From an uncultured Pirellulales bacterium (GTDB lineage: Bacteria; Planctomycetota; Phycisphaerae; Sedimentisphaerales; Anaerobacaceae), in the NCBI GenBank assembly GCA_964395535.1, contig CAYNDE010000001.1:1-44342 (forward strand): a DNA stretch of 44,342 nt, given 5' to 3'. The notes below the pieces were generated by a model. The model ran no database searches, was not told where the DNA came from, and saw only the letters and a list, made by a program, of their open reading frames with translations. This document shows, one piece after another, positions 34,036 to 42,737 of the stretch. The position numbers and the translations under genes were made by a program. Position 1 is the stretch's first letter. The number at the start of each line of letters is the position of its first letter.

Positions 34036-36165
34036 CTACATATTCCTGAAGAAAGGCTTGGGTTTTTTCTTTTTGACCTTTCCGCCGGTCTTGCTCGTCG
34101 CCGAAACCAGCCCTGCGGATTCGGCCTCTTCTTTTTCTTTAATATGCCTGCGAATAAAATACGATTCAACAACACCGGCAAATACGCTCGACATAATATA
34201 AAGATTCAAACCCGACGGTGAATTATAAAGCAAAAGTGGAAACAGTATCGGCATCATAAACATCATTATCTTCTGCTGCTGGGCCATCTGCGGATTTGTC
34301 GCTGCCGCTGCCTGCTTCGGCATAAGCTTCTGCTGCAGATAGAACGCAACTCCCATCAGAATCGGAAGCAGGTTAAAGGATTCAACCTTGCCTAAAAGAG
34401 GGATACTCACCGCCGAAAATCTGAACAGCGCATCCGGAGCAGACAAATCAGTAATCCAGAACGGCAAAAACGGCTGGCCGCGAAGCGAGACACTTGCCAA
34501 TATCGAGCTATACAAAGCAATCCATATCGGCATCTGAATGAACATCGGCAGCATTCCTGTGAAAGGTGACGCACCCTGCTCGCGATAAAGTGCCATTATC
34601 TGCTTGTTAAGCTCAGCCTTGTCATTGGCGTATTTTTTCTTTATCTGTTCCACCTTCGGTGCAAGCTTGCTCATTTTGCTCATCGAGACCTGCCCCTTTT
34701 TCGTCAAGGGATGCAAACAGAGCCTGACAACAAACACAAGGATAATTATCACAACACCGTAATTCGGTATAAAGTAGTACATCCATTCCATCAACGCCAG
34801 TACACCGAACGCCAGCGGCCTGATTATCGCAGCAGGACAGCAGCAGCAGGGCATCAAAGTAAGAACATTATAGAAGCCGAGCTTTTTATAAAGCTCGTCC
34901 TTGTCAAAAAGTCTCTTATCCTTCGGCCCGAGGTAAAGTTGAAATCCATAACTTTTTGAGCTGCCGGCCTTGAGCTGCTCTGCTGCACTTGCCAGTTTTA
35001 TCCCTATCGTCTCATCGCCGCTTTTAGCCTTATCGTCTCCATCAGGATTATAGAACTGGCACGTCCCGCCGCTCAGCCATTTACAATATTGCTGACCCTG
35101 CTGGGGAACCGGTCTTACAATAGAAGTAAAATATTTGTTGGACGTCGCTGCCCATAACATTGGCCGATTCTTATACTTGGTCGGCAAATTATAACCTATT
35201 TGCAGCTTCTTATATGCCTCGCTAATCTGCGCCTCGTCACCGGACTGCACGGCATTGTGATACTTTGTCGTAGTGGACTTCAGGTCAACCCCTCCTGAGA
35301 AAACATTCATAGGAAATCCGGTTACAAGGTCTCTTCGTGACGAAACAATCCTGCCATCATCGACCAGGAATGCGCTTACGACGTTTCTCATATCTGAGCG
35401 ACGGCCTTCCCTGTCGATGCCTATCGGGCCATTGATATTAAATTGAATCTCCTGGTCACCTTCGGCAAGATTTTCAACCGCGATATCGCACTCCAAAAGG
35501 TAACTTCCCCGGACAATCTTATATGTCTTCGTCAGCTTTATAACCGCCTTGCCGTCTGATTTATTTACAATCTCAGCCTCAAAACCGGCTGCGGTAGAAC
35601 CATCTTCACCCTCTTCAAACCCCAGAAATTTCCAGTTAAGCTTATCCAGTGCCAAACGCTGTTTGTGTTCGACAAACTCGAATGTACTGTTTGCCATCGT
35701 AATTATTTCGGTTCCATCATTAAGTTTCAGCGGGGAAAGCAGAACCAGAGGTTGTGGATTTTTGTAATCGCAGTCATCAAATCCCTTACCGCCACCATTG
35801 CTGAACGTAACTTTTCTTATCCCTGCCCCCTTTGCACTAAGTTCCAATTGATACCTGTAGCCGGTCTCGGGGTCTTCTGTACAAGGATCCTGTGCGCCTA
35901 AAATAACCGAGTATGGGGTACTATTATACGCCCCAAACGAGGATACAGCAGACTCTTTCTGTTCCGGCAAATCTTCCTGAGCTCCGGTATTCGGTTCTCC
36001 GCTGTCGTTTGCGGTTATAGTAGATTGCTGCAAAAATATTAAACTTCTCTGCCGTGAAAGGTCGGCCTCGAAAAGACCGCTATCGGCAACTAAAAAACCA
36101 CAAAAAACAACAAAGCCGGCCACTATCAAAAACAAAAACGTCGTAAAACCGAGTTTACCGCTCAT
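34036..36165 (-). CDS. yidC: Membrane protein insertase YidC with a large periplasmic domain
   Basis: N-terminal TM, a periplasmic domain of about 400 aa, and the conserved C-terminal core (CLHPLTKKGQVSMSKMSKLAPKVEQIKKKY...LYREQGASPFTGMLPMFIQMPIWIALY...GLNLYIMSS). Upstream of mnmE, as in many genomes. Confidence 0.9.
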   Translation of the reverse strand: MSGKLGFTTFLFLIVAGFVVFCGFLVADSGLFEADLSRQRSLIFLQQSTITANDSGEPNTGAQEDLPEQKESAVSSFGAYNSTPYSVILGAQDPCTEDPETGYRYQLELSAKGAGIRKVTFSNGGGKGFDDCDYKNPQPLVLLSPLKLNDGTEIITMANSTFEFVEHKQRLALDKLNWKFLGFEEGEDGSTAAGFEAEIVNKSDGKAVIKLTKTYKIVRGSYLLECDIAVENLAEGDQEIQFNINGPIGIDREGRRSDMRNVVSAFLVDDGRIVSSRRDLVTGFPMNVFSGGVDLKSTTTKYHNAVQSGDEAQISEAYKKLQIGYNLPTKYKNRPMLWAATSNKYFTSIVRPVPQQGQQYCKWLSGGTCQFYNPDGDDKAKSGDETIGIKLASAAEQLKAGSSKSYGFQLYLGPKDKRLFDKDELYKKLGFYNVLTLMPCCCCPAAIIRPLAFGVLALMEWMYYFIPNYGVVIIILVFVVRLCLHPLTKKGQVSMSKMSKLAPKVEQIKKKYANDKAELNKQIMALYREQGASPFTGMLPMFIQMPIWIALYSSILASVSLRGQPFLPFWITDLSAPDALFRFSAVSIPLLGKVESFNLLPILMGVAFYLQQKLMPKQAAAATNPQMAQQQKIMMFMMPILFPLLLYNSPSGLNLYIMSSVFAGVVESYFIRRHIKEKEEAESAGLVSATSKTGGKVKKKKPKPFFRNM

Positions 36166-36231
36166 AGCAATAAAATCCTATTTATCTTTTTACACATCCA
36201 TAATAACAGGCAGGCGGAAGCAAACAGCCCT

Positions 36232-37008
36232 TCATCTGCCTTCTTTAAGACGGTCAGCGTGAAAATCATCGAGCTGCTCTACCGCTTTTATCTTCTCGAC
36301 AGTCTTGTCAACATCATACTCCACCCTCACAAAGTGAAGCCTGTCCTCCTCAACATAGGCATAACTTGCCCGCCAGTCCTTGTCTCTCGGCTGGCCCACC
36401 GAGCCGATATTAATAATTGCTTTCTCACCATCAACTATAGGATATACATTATTCAGCTCATCGGGCAGATAAAAGTCAGGCTCGTTTAAGAATACGCCGG
36501 GCACGTGAGTATGGCCGACAAAACAGATATGGCTGACGCGGTCGAACAATACACGAACCTTAACGGGATTGGTATAAACATCATCGGGGAAGATGTATTC
36601 ATTAATAGGCCGGCGGGGCGAGGCGTGTACAAAATCGAATGTTACAATCCGTCCTCCAAGACGAGTCCGCAGGCTGCGGCGCATCGGAAGTATCCCCAAA
36701 AAACGCCACCACTTTCTGCTTTGCTCATTTGGCCCAGCCGCCTCCATTACCTCGCGAGTCCAGAAACTCGCCTGCTCCGCCGCATAATTAAAGTTCGTCG
36801 GCTCATAAAAAACCGCATAATCGTGGTTACCCAGCACGCACCATTTAGTCCTCTCAATTATCAAGTCGAGGCATTCGCCGGGATTAGGCCCGTATCCGAC
36901 AACATCACCAAGGCAGTAAATAGTCTCAATACCGTGTTTCTCGATATCATCAAGAACAGCAGTCAACGCTTCTAAATTGGAATGTATATCGCTTATAACA
37001 GCAAACAT
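36232..37008 (-). CDS. Calcineurin-like metallophosphoesterase
   Basis: MFAVISDIHSN, GDVVGYGPNP, GNHD, and GHTHVPG motifs. The track start 37017 is TTG; the ATG at 37008 gives the canonical N-terminus. Confidence 0.85.
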   Translation of the reverse strand: MFAVISDIHSNLEALTAVLDDIEKHGIETIYCLGDVVGYGPNPGECLDLIIERTKWCVLGNHDYAVFYEPTNFNYAAEQASFWTREVMEAAGPNEQSRKWWRFLGILPMRRSLRTRLGGRIVTFDFVHASPRRPINEYIFPDDVYTNPVKVRVLFDRVSHICFVGHTHVPGVFLNEPDFYLPDELNNVYPIVDGEKAIINIGSVGQPRDKDWRASYAYVEEDRLHFVRVEYDVDKTVEKIKAVEQLDDFHADRLKEGR

Positions 37009-37163
37009 AAACCACAATACCTAAAAAGTATCAATCTTATGTATTTACAAAGTTTTACTTAATAACAAAAAATCAAGCAAAATGCCAGAACATTTATCTG
37101 CCGGTCGTAAAAAGAGTTTCAAGCAAAAACTCTGATAAAAAAGCGAAGCCGGCCGCTATTTAT

Positions 37164-37191
37164 TTGCTTTGTGACAGAACATTGTTATAAT
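37164..37191 (+). promoter_or_regulatory. Candidate sigma70 promoter for lptB-def-fmt-rsmB (TTGCTT-16-TGtTATAAT)
   Basis: TTGCTT at 37164-37169, extended -10 TGTTATAAT (-10 at 37186-37191), about 45 nt upstream of the lptB ATG. Confidence 0.4.
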
Positions 37192-37235
37192 ACCTGCTAA
37201 AAAGTGCTGAAGAACAATATAAAAGGTACAACAAA

Positions 37236-37976
37236 ATGAACAATTCTACTCTTCTTGAAACTCATAAGCTGGTAAAAAAATATTCCGGCAGAACGGTCGT
37301 CAACGAAATCTCCCTCACAATCGCTCGAAACTCCATCGTGGGACTTCTCGGCAGAAACGGGGCGGGAAAAACAACAACCTTCAGAATGATTATGGGTATG
37401 ATTGCTCCCAACGACGGCTCGGTCGTATTCGAGGACAATGACATTACAGCCCTGCCGATGTACAAAAGAGCCCGCCTCGGAATAGGCTACCTGTCACAGG
37501 AACCGAGCATCTTCCAAAGGCTGTCCGTAAGAGATAACCTCCACGCAATCCTTGAAACTATGTCTTTGACGTCAGAAGAACGAACGAAAAGGGCAGATGC
37601 GCTAATAGAGCGATTTGCACTGACAGAAGTCGCCGACAGCCAGGGAAGATTCCTCTCAGGAGGTGAACGAAGAAAGCTGGAAATCGCACGTGCTATGGTA
37701 ACAGAGCCATCACTAATATTGCTCGACGAGCCGTTTAGCGGCGTGGACCCAATCGCAGTCGAAGACATCCAGAAGCAAATCCGTCATCTCGTTGCTTCCG
37801 ATGTAAGTATCCTCGTAACCGACCACAATGTCGAAAGAACACTCGAGGTTGTCAGCAAGGCTTATATCATTGACCATGGAAAGGTCATAGGCTCAGGAAG
37901 CCCGGCCGAAATCGTCCGGAACGAGACCGTCAGAAAACTGTATCTTGGCGAGTCATTTACAGCACACTATTCATAG
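37236..37976 (+). CDS. lptB: LPS export ABC transporter ATP-binding protein
   Basis: Walker A GRNGAGKTT, signature LSGGERRKLEIARAM, Walker B ILLDEPF. Size (about 245 aa) and overall pattern match LptB. Confidence 0.85.
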   Translation: MNNSTLLETHKLVKKYSGRTVVNEISLTIARNSIVGLLGRNGAGKTTTFRMIMGMIAPNDGSVVFEDNDITALPMYKRARLGIGYLSQEPSIFQRLSVRDNLHAILETMSLTSEERTKRADALIERFALTEVADSQGRFLSGGERRKLEIARAMVTEPSLILLDEPFSGVDPIAVEDIQKQIRHLVASDVSILVTDHNVERTLEVVSKAYIIDHGKVIGSGSPAEIVRNETVRKLYLGESFTAHYS

Positions 37977-37999
37977 AGAAAATAACAGGCAAAAAGAAA

Positions 38000-38515
38000 T
38001 TGACTGATATTGAGAAATGCAAAATTACGCATTACCCGACCGATGTGCTGGCCAAACCGGCTGAACCTGTTAGAGAAATCGACGAGTCAATCCGCAAACT
38101 CGCCGAGAAAATGACTGAGATTATGCTCGAAAACAAAGGTATCGGCCTGGCAGGTCCGCAGGCAGGTGTGCCGCTGCGAATCTTTATCATTTCTCTCGAT
38201 GGAACCAAAGAAAATGTGAAAGTATATATCAACCCGACAGTAACCTGCAGCGGAAGGCTCGAAGCAGCCGAAGAAGGCTGCCTGTCCGTCCCGGGCGTAT
38301 ACACAAAGGTAAGAAGGTACAAAAAATGCACCGTGACAGCCACTGACCTTGACGGAAACCGGTTCACCGAAGAAGCAGAAGGTCTGTATGCGAGATGCCT
38401 GCAGCACGAATACGACCATATCGGCGGCATAACAATCGCTGACAAAATGTCAACTGCTTCTAAAATAGCCAATCGAAGAAAACTAAAAAAACTTACAGAA
38501 GAACAGCAGCCATAA
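38000..38515 (+). CDS. def: Peptide deformylase
   Basis: GIGLAGPQ, EGCLSVPG, and QHEYDHIGG motifs. TTG start. Confidence 0.93.
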   Translation: MTDIEKCKITHYPTDVLAKPAEPVREIDESIRKLAEKMTEIMLENKGIGLAGPQAGVPLRIFIISLDGTKENVKVYINPTVTCSGRLEAAEEGCLSVPGVYTKVRRYKKCTVTATDLDGNRFTEEAEGLYARCLQHEYDHIGGITIADKMSTASKIANRRKLKKLTEEQQP

Positions 38516-38518
38516 AAA

Positions 38519-39472
38519 ATGAAAATCGTCTATCTCGGCAGCGGCCAGTTCGGTATCGAATCCTTAAATGCACTGGAAGAATCCAGCCACGGAATTGAAC
38601 TAATCGTAACCCAGCCTCCTCAGCCGGCAGGCAGAGGAAGAAAGCCAACACCAACACCGGTAAGCGCGTGGGCAAAACAACACCAGCTCAAGCTCATCGA
38701 AACAGAAGACGTCAACAGCCCGCAGATAATAGAGATAGTCACCGCTTCAAAACCTGATATTCTCGTCGTGATCGCTTTCGGACAGAAGCTCGATAACAAA
38801 CTTATAAATATCGCCCCCAAAAAAGCGATAAATGTTCACGCATCGCTGCTGCCGAAATACCGCGGCGCTGCTCCTATCAACTGGGCGATAATAAACGGCG
38901 AAAGACAGACCGGTATCAGTATTATCACACTCGCCGAAAAAATGGATGCCGGCCAAATCATAAACCAATTAGCGACCGATATCGCACCCGACGAATCAGC
39001 GGGAGCTCTTCACGACAGATTGGCCCAAATGGCCGCTCCTCTGCTGCTCGATACCCTTTCTTTGATTGAAACAGACAAGGCCGTTTATAAACCTCAGGAC
39101 GATTCAGAAGCGACAAGAGCACCAAAACTTAAAAAAACCGATGCCTTTATCGATTTTGCAGAGCCTGCAGAAGCCATCAGAAGGAAAATTCTTGGCCTGT
39201 GGCCCTGGCCGGGAGCAACCGCTTATTACTTTCCGGAAAAAACAAAAAAATCTGAACGCACAATAATCGCCGATGCAAGAACAATATCGCATAACAATCC
39301 TCAAAATCTCCAACCCGGCACACTTGATGAAAATCTGGACATTATTTGCAGCCAAGACGCCCTTAAAATTACAAAAATAAAACCGGCTGGCGGAAAGCTT
39401 ATGAATTTCAGGGATTTTGTTAACGGCAGAGGCTGCCGGCCGGGTGACGTTTTCACTAAAGTAGAAAAATAG
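38519..39472 (+). CDS. fmt: Methionyl-tRNA formyltransferase
   Basis: MKIVYLGSGQFG, NVHASLLPKYRGAAPINWAIINGE. Follows def directly. Confidence 0.95.
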   Translation: MKIVYLGSGQFGIESLNALEESSHGIELIVTQPPQPAGRGRKPTPTPVSAWAKQHQLKLIETEDVNSPQIIEIVTASKPDILVVIAFGQKLDNKLINIAPKKAINVHASLLPKYRGAAPINWAIINGERQTGISIITLAEKMDAGQIINQLATDIAPDESAGALHDRLAQMAAPLLLDTLSLIETDKAVYKPQDDSEATRAPKLKKTDAFIDFAEPAEAIRRKILGLWPWPGATAYYFPEKTKKSERTIIADARTISHNNPQNLQPGTLDENLDIICSQDALKITKIKPAGGKLMNFRDFVNGRGCRPGDVFTKVEK

Positions 39473-39475
39473 CCT

Positions 39476-40861
39476 ATGGCTAAAGCTGCTAAGAAAATTT
39501 TAACATCCTCAGCCCGCTACGCAGCAGCAACCGTACTAAATCAACTCGACCCGAAAACAAATTATGCTGAAACCATCCTTGACAAAATTATGTCACCAAC
39601 AGGCCGAACTCAGCAGACCACCGACCTTGTTTACGGTACATTAAGAAACCGTCAGGCCGTCGATATGGTTATTGCTAAATTCGCCAACTGCCCTACAACA
39701 AGAATACCGGCTCAAATCCTCAACATCATACGAATCGGCGTATATGAACTTATCTATTGCCCGAACACGGCCGAATACGCAATAGTCAACGAAGCTGTCG
39801 AAAACACAAAATCTATGGCAGGAAAAAAACAAACTGCTTTTGCAAATGCAGTCCTTCGCAAAATCTTAAGCCATATAATAAAAAGACAAACCAAATTGTC
39901 GGACGCCAAACCACAACTCACGCTGCCCCAAAGCCCTGGCTTCGGCTGTGAGTTCGACACCGATTTGCTGCCGGACACACAAAAGCAGCCGGAAGATTTT
40001 CTCGCCAAAGCATTTTCACTGCCAAAATGGTTGATTACCGAATGGCTCAATGAATACGGCCCGCAAAAAACCCGGCAAATCTGCTTCGCCTCAAACCGGA
40101 AACCTTCAATTTACTTAAGGCCGAATACGCTTCAAATAAACGCAACACAATTAGCTAAAACGTTAACAAAGGCTCGCATAAATGTTGAAATCATTGACAA
40201 CGAGATGATAAGGGTCAAATCACCAAAACATATAACAGAACTTGCCGGTTTTGCTGACGGCCTTTTCAGCGTTCAGGACACAACCGCAGCACTACCGATA
40301 AAGCTTCTCGCACCGAAGGCAAACTGGAAAATCCTCGATTTCTGCGCGGCACCGGGCACAAAAACAACACAGCTCACCGAACTTACAAACGATAATGCCC
40401 AGATATTTGCAACCGATATTGACAGCAAACGGCTTGAGCTTGTTAAGGAAAATATTAAAAGGCTGAGATTAAAGAGCATAAGAACATTCAAATTCGACCA
40501 ATTACAAAAAATCCTTTACAAAACCGGAAAATTCGACGTCGTACTGCTCGATGTACCCTGCTCAAACACCGGCGTGCTTGCAAAAAGAGTCGAGCTGCGC
40601 TACAGAATCTCAAAAAAAGCTGTCAGCCGCCTCGCTCAAACACAACTTAAACTTCTCGAGACGGCTGCAGAGCTAATAGAGAAAGGTGGCAGAATTTGTT
40701 ATTCAACCTGCAGTATTCAAGGTCAGGAAAATAATCAGTTAATAAAAAACTTTCTGAAGGAGAACCAAAATTTCAAACTCGAATCTGAAAATCTCACCCT
40801 GCCATCGGCACAAGGCTTCGACTACGACGGCGGCTATGCAGCCATACTCATAAAAGATTAA
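39476..40861 (+). CDS. rsmB: 16S rRNA (cytosine967-C5)-methyltransferase RsmB/Sun
   Basis: NusB-like N-terminal domain. SAM-binding ILDFCAAPGTKT, DVPCSNTGV, YSTCSI. def-fmt-rsmB synteny. Confidence 0.9.
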   Translation: MAKAAKKILTSSARYAAATVLNQLDPKTNYAETILDKIMSPTGRTQQTTDLVYGTLRNRQAVDMVIAKFANCPTTRIPAQILNIIRIGVYELIYCPNTAEYAIVNEAVENTKSMAGKKQTAFANAVLRKILSHIIKRQTKLSDAKPQLTLPQSPGFGCEFDTDLLPDTQKQPEDFLAKAFSLPKWLITEWLNEYGPQKTRQICFASNRKPSIYLRPNTLQINATQLAKTLTKARINVEIIDNEMIRVKSPKHITELAGFADGLFSVQDTTAALPIKLLAPKANWKILDFCAAPGTKTTQLTELTNDNAQIFATDIDSKRLELVKENIKRLRLKSIRTFKFDQLQKILYKTGKFDVVLLDVPCSNTGVLAKRVELRYRISKKAVSRLAQTQLKLLETAAELIEKGGRICYSTCSIQGQENNQLIKNFLKENQNFKLESENLTLPSAQGFDYDGGYAAILIKD

Positions 40862-40897
40862 CTGTGTTAAACAGCGTCGCGGCACAAACTGCAAATC

Positions 40898-41007
40898 AAA
40901 TCCACAACTTTTCCACAGGCCCAATTTAGGCTGTGTAAAACTTGTGAAAAACAAATTTTTTTTGTGCGCAAATCCAACTGCGACAATACCCTCCGACAAG
41001 TGGAAAA
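40898..41007. promoter_or_regulatory. Cluster of degenerate DnaA boxes upstream of dnaA
   Basis: Compared with TTATCCACA: AAATCCACA (40898-40906, 7/9), TTTTCCACA (40909-40917, 8/9), TGTGTAAAA (40932-40940, reverse, 7/9), TGTGAAAAA (40943-40951, reverse, 7/9), AGTGGAAAA (40999-41007, reverse, 7/9). Also an A/T run ACAAATTTTTTTTGT. Confidence 0.5.
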
Positions 41008-41105
41008 GAAATTCCGAAAAAAGGCATTGAATAGTTTTGCGACCGGCCAATAATAACAACGAGAACAATATCAAAAAGCTGTTTTTAGAAACAAGGAGCG
41101 TTTCA

Positions 41106-42536
41106 ATGCAGACCATAATCACGGATGATTTATCCTGTAAGGCCGAGTCTCGTGTCAGTGCTGTTAACAAGGCTATCGCTGAAGAAATAGGAGCAAAAAA
41201 GTACAGGATATGGTTTGAGAATTCAACCAGGCTTACAATTGCAGAAGGATATGTAAAGATTGGTGTTCCTAATCTGTTTATAGCAAATTGGATTGAAAGT
41301 CATTTTGCAAAAGAAATAAATCGGGCTGTGGAGCGGGTAACAGAAGAAAAATTAAAAATAACTTTCGCAATCGACCCTGAACTTGCCGGCAGAGGAAAAC
41401 AGATACAGCTCGAGCCTGCGAAAAAAATAGTAAATCAACAGCAGGGCAAAGCAACACAGTATGCAGAAAAAAAATCTGACAAGTACGAAAAATTAAAATT
41501 AAATTTAGATAACTTTGTCGTCGGCTCGTCAAACGAACTGGCTTACAACACCGCAAAGGCCGTCGCCAACAACGACAAGGTATCATTTAATCCGCTGTTT
41601 ATCCACGGAGGGTATGGGGTCGGTAAGACGCATCTGCTGCAAGGGATTTGTAACGCGGTGCAGAAGAACCGGCCCGGAACTAATTGGCTGTATCTGTCAG
41701 CGGAAGATTTTGTCAATCAGTTCGTGCTGGCCTTGAAGACAAAAAAGCTGGAGGCTTTCAGACGCCGAATGCGGCAAACGGATTTGCTCGCCATCGACGA
41801 CATTCACTTCTTGGCCAGCAAACTCTCCAGCCAGGAGGAGTTCCTGCACACCTTCAACTCCATCGACCTCGCCGGAAAACAGGTCGTCCTTGCCTCCGAT
41901 GCACATCCAAAATTGATAGGCCGGCTCTCGGATAAGCTCGTAAATCGCTTCATCTCCGGAATGGTCGTAAAAATCGAAAATCCCGACCTCAATACGAGAT
42001 GCCAGATATGTAAACAATTCGCTCTCCACAGACGCCTGCACATCCCTGAAAGTGTAATCAGATACATCGCCGAAAACATCCGTTCCAACGTCAGGGAATT
42101 GCAGGGCGCCGTTCTGAAACTAATTGCATTCTCCGCATTACAAAATCAAAAAATAAACCTGCACGCTGCAAAAGAAATCCTTTCAGAGCACTTATCCAGA
42201 ACAGACCCAATTGTCCACATCTCTGATATCGAGTCAGCCGTTGCAGCCTTCTTCAGCATTACAGCCGCCGATTTGCACTCGAGTAAAAAAGACAGAACCA
42301 TTTCGCTTGCAAGACATTTCAGCATGTACCTTGCAAGAAAGCATACAAATATGTCAAGCCCGGAAATAGGCAAATGTATGGGCAATAAGAATCATGCGAC
42401 AGTGCTGCTGGCCTGTAAAAGAATAGAAGACCAAATTAAGCAAAATGAGCATCTGCACTGGAACAGCCCTGCCGGAAACAAGGTCTCAAAGGCAAGAACA
42501 ATCCTCGCAAAGCTGGAAAATGCAATTGCAGGCTGA
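41106..42536 (+). CDS. dnaA: Chromosomal replication initiator DnaA
   Basis: AAA+ Walker A LFIHGGYGVGKTHLL, LAIDDIHFL, sensor and box VII regions, and the C-terminal DNA-binding HTH (ARHFSMYLARKHTNMSSPEIGKCMGNKNHATVLLACKRI). The ATG at 41106 has AAGGAG 7 nt upstream; the track start 41037 is too long. Confidence 0.95.
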   Translation: MQTIITDDLSCKAESRVSAVNKAIAEEIGAKKYRIWFENSTRLTIAEGYVKIGVPNLFIANWIESHFAKEINRAVERVTEEKLKITFAIDPELAGRGKQIQLEPAKKIVNQQQGKATQYAEKKSDKYEKLKLNLDNFVVGSSNELAYNTAKAVANNDKVSFNPLFIHGGYGVGKTHLLQGICNAVQKNRPGTNWLYLSAEDFVNQFVLALKTKKLEAFRRRMRQTDLLAIDDIHFLASKLSSQEEFLHTFNSIDLAGKQVVLASDAHPKLIGRLSDKLVNRFISGMVVKIENPDLNTRCQICKQFALHRRLHIPESVIRYIAENIRSNVRELQGAVLKLIAFSALQNQKINLHAAKEILSEHLSRTDPIVHISDIESAVAAFFSITAADLHSSKKDRTISLARHFSMYLARKHTNMSSPEIGKCMGNKNHATVLLACKRIEDQIKQNEHLHWNSPAGNKVSKARTILAKLENAIAG

Positions 42537-42582
42537 CGACTGCGCAACCGCGGATTAAAAGCTCTCAAACCAAATAAAAAAA

Positions 42583-42606
42583 GGCGGCCTCGCCTTCGAA
42601 GCCGCC
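42583..42606. terminator. Terminator hairpin between the convergent dnaA and the downstream minus-strand gene
   Basis: GGCGGC (42583-42588) ... GCCGCC (42601-42606). On the minus strand it is followed by TTTTTTTATTT; on the plus strand by AAAATTCTTT. It therefore looks stronger as the terminator of the 42738-44333 gene. Confidence 0.5.
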
Positions 42607-42737
42607 AAAATTCTTTCGGAGGAAGATGAATTATTTCTAAATCTTTATTACGAGCCGTTGAATATTTTGTTCAGTAAAACCTCAAAAAAACTTTAACCTT
42701 TTGTATAAGCTAAACTTACACCCTCTTCTTTTTAAAT

